A stretch of 63,726 bases of DNA, the filler included, from Octopus bimaculoides (lineage: Eukaryota), in NCBI RefSeq assembly GCF_001194135.2. It is 5 parts of 5 records of this genome, joined end to end, with 100 filler letters (N's around TTAATTAATTAA, not from the genome) between each part and the next. Parts side by side here need not be neighbours in the genome. Positions count along the whole stretch, not along the records: positions 60,153 to 63,726 come from NW_026296852.1; 4 more parts are not named here. One strand, written 5' to 3'. Below are positions 63,034-63,726 of this stretch, in pieces. The stretch's first letter is position 1. Each line of letters starts with the position of its first letter. The translations under genes and the position numbers were made by a program. The notes beneath the pieces were generated by a model. That model did no database searches, had not been told where the DNA came from, and worked only from the letters and a program-made list of their open reading frames with translations.

Positions 63034-63281
63034 TTGAGAACATTAGATATCATTGCTGGTAAGGTCGTTCAACTGGTGACCTTAAATACATACATACATA
63101 CATACATGCATGCATACATACATACATACATGCATGCATACATACATGCATACATGCATGCATACATGCATTCATGCATGTGTGTGAGTTTGTATGTATG
63201 TATGTATGTATGTATGTCACATCCTTCTCCCTCTTTCTTCCTTCTAGCGCTACTACTACAACTACTATTATTACTACCACC

Positions 63282-63317
<36 letters not shown>

Positions 63318-63726
63318 GCTGCTGCTGCTACTACCTCTATTACCACCACCACCACTACTACTATTACTACTACTGCTACTACTACTACTACTATGCATAT
63401 CCAATGTCGCTTCCGTCATCATCAATATCACCTCTGCCACCACCAGTACCTTCATCATTATCATGGTCATCATCATTAACATCATAACATGACGAAGGTT
63501 ATTACTACTACTACTGCTGCTGCTGCTGTTGTTGTTGTTGTTGTTGTTGTTGCTGCTGCTGCTGCTCCGTATCATATATTGTTATTTTACTACCCCACCC
63601 CCTCCATCAACAACGCTACTACTGCCAGCACGGACGCCGTCACTGTCACGTGTGCTGCCATCCACCATTGCAATTACTACTACCACAACGACGACCACTA
63701 CTACCACCACAACCACCACCAAAACG
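63034..63726. repeat. (TACA)/(TATG) and (CTA/CCA/CTG/TTG) low-complexity region
   Basis: Source of the terminal ORFs. Confidence 0.9.

Noticed and set aside
1-63726. CRISPR-like repeat-spacer pattern from recurring SINE cores
   Set aside because: The repeats are dispersed retroposons with TSDs in eukaryotic DNA; there is no regular spacer length and no cas genes.

Overview
Repeat-saturated, AT-rich eukaryotic DNA, most likely from an octopus (inference from the tRNA-derived SINE families and the extreme microsatellite load; no database was consulted). Four 100-bp gaps (44 N + TTAATTAATTAA + 44 N) are artificial scaffold joins, so the window is five separately assembled segments. Most listed ORFs are microsatellite or N-run artefacts. 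No intact, recognisable host gene is present. The best host-gene evidence is a phase-consistent chain of three small minus-strand exons at 32.2-37.3 kb with no recognised product. Supported elements: about 45 SINE copies in at least five modular families; two mariner transposase remnants and a mariner MITE; an L1/Tx1-like LINE 5' half; an R4/Dong-like LINE 3' end; two Penelope-like (PLE) pol remnants; a Helitron-like element; and several long palindromes. The most coherent system is the set of PLE remnants plus at least seven short elements, in three sequence families, carrying minimal hammerhead-ribozyme-like folds. Also notable: a double fold-back including head-to-head TTAGGG/CCCTAA arrays, and an inverted SINE pair with compensatory substitutions. 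Element boundaries were read by eye and are approximate unless a TSD or splice site is quoted.
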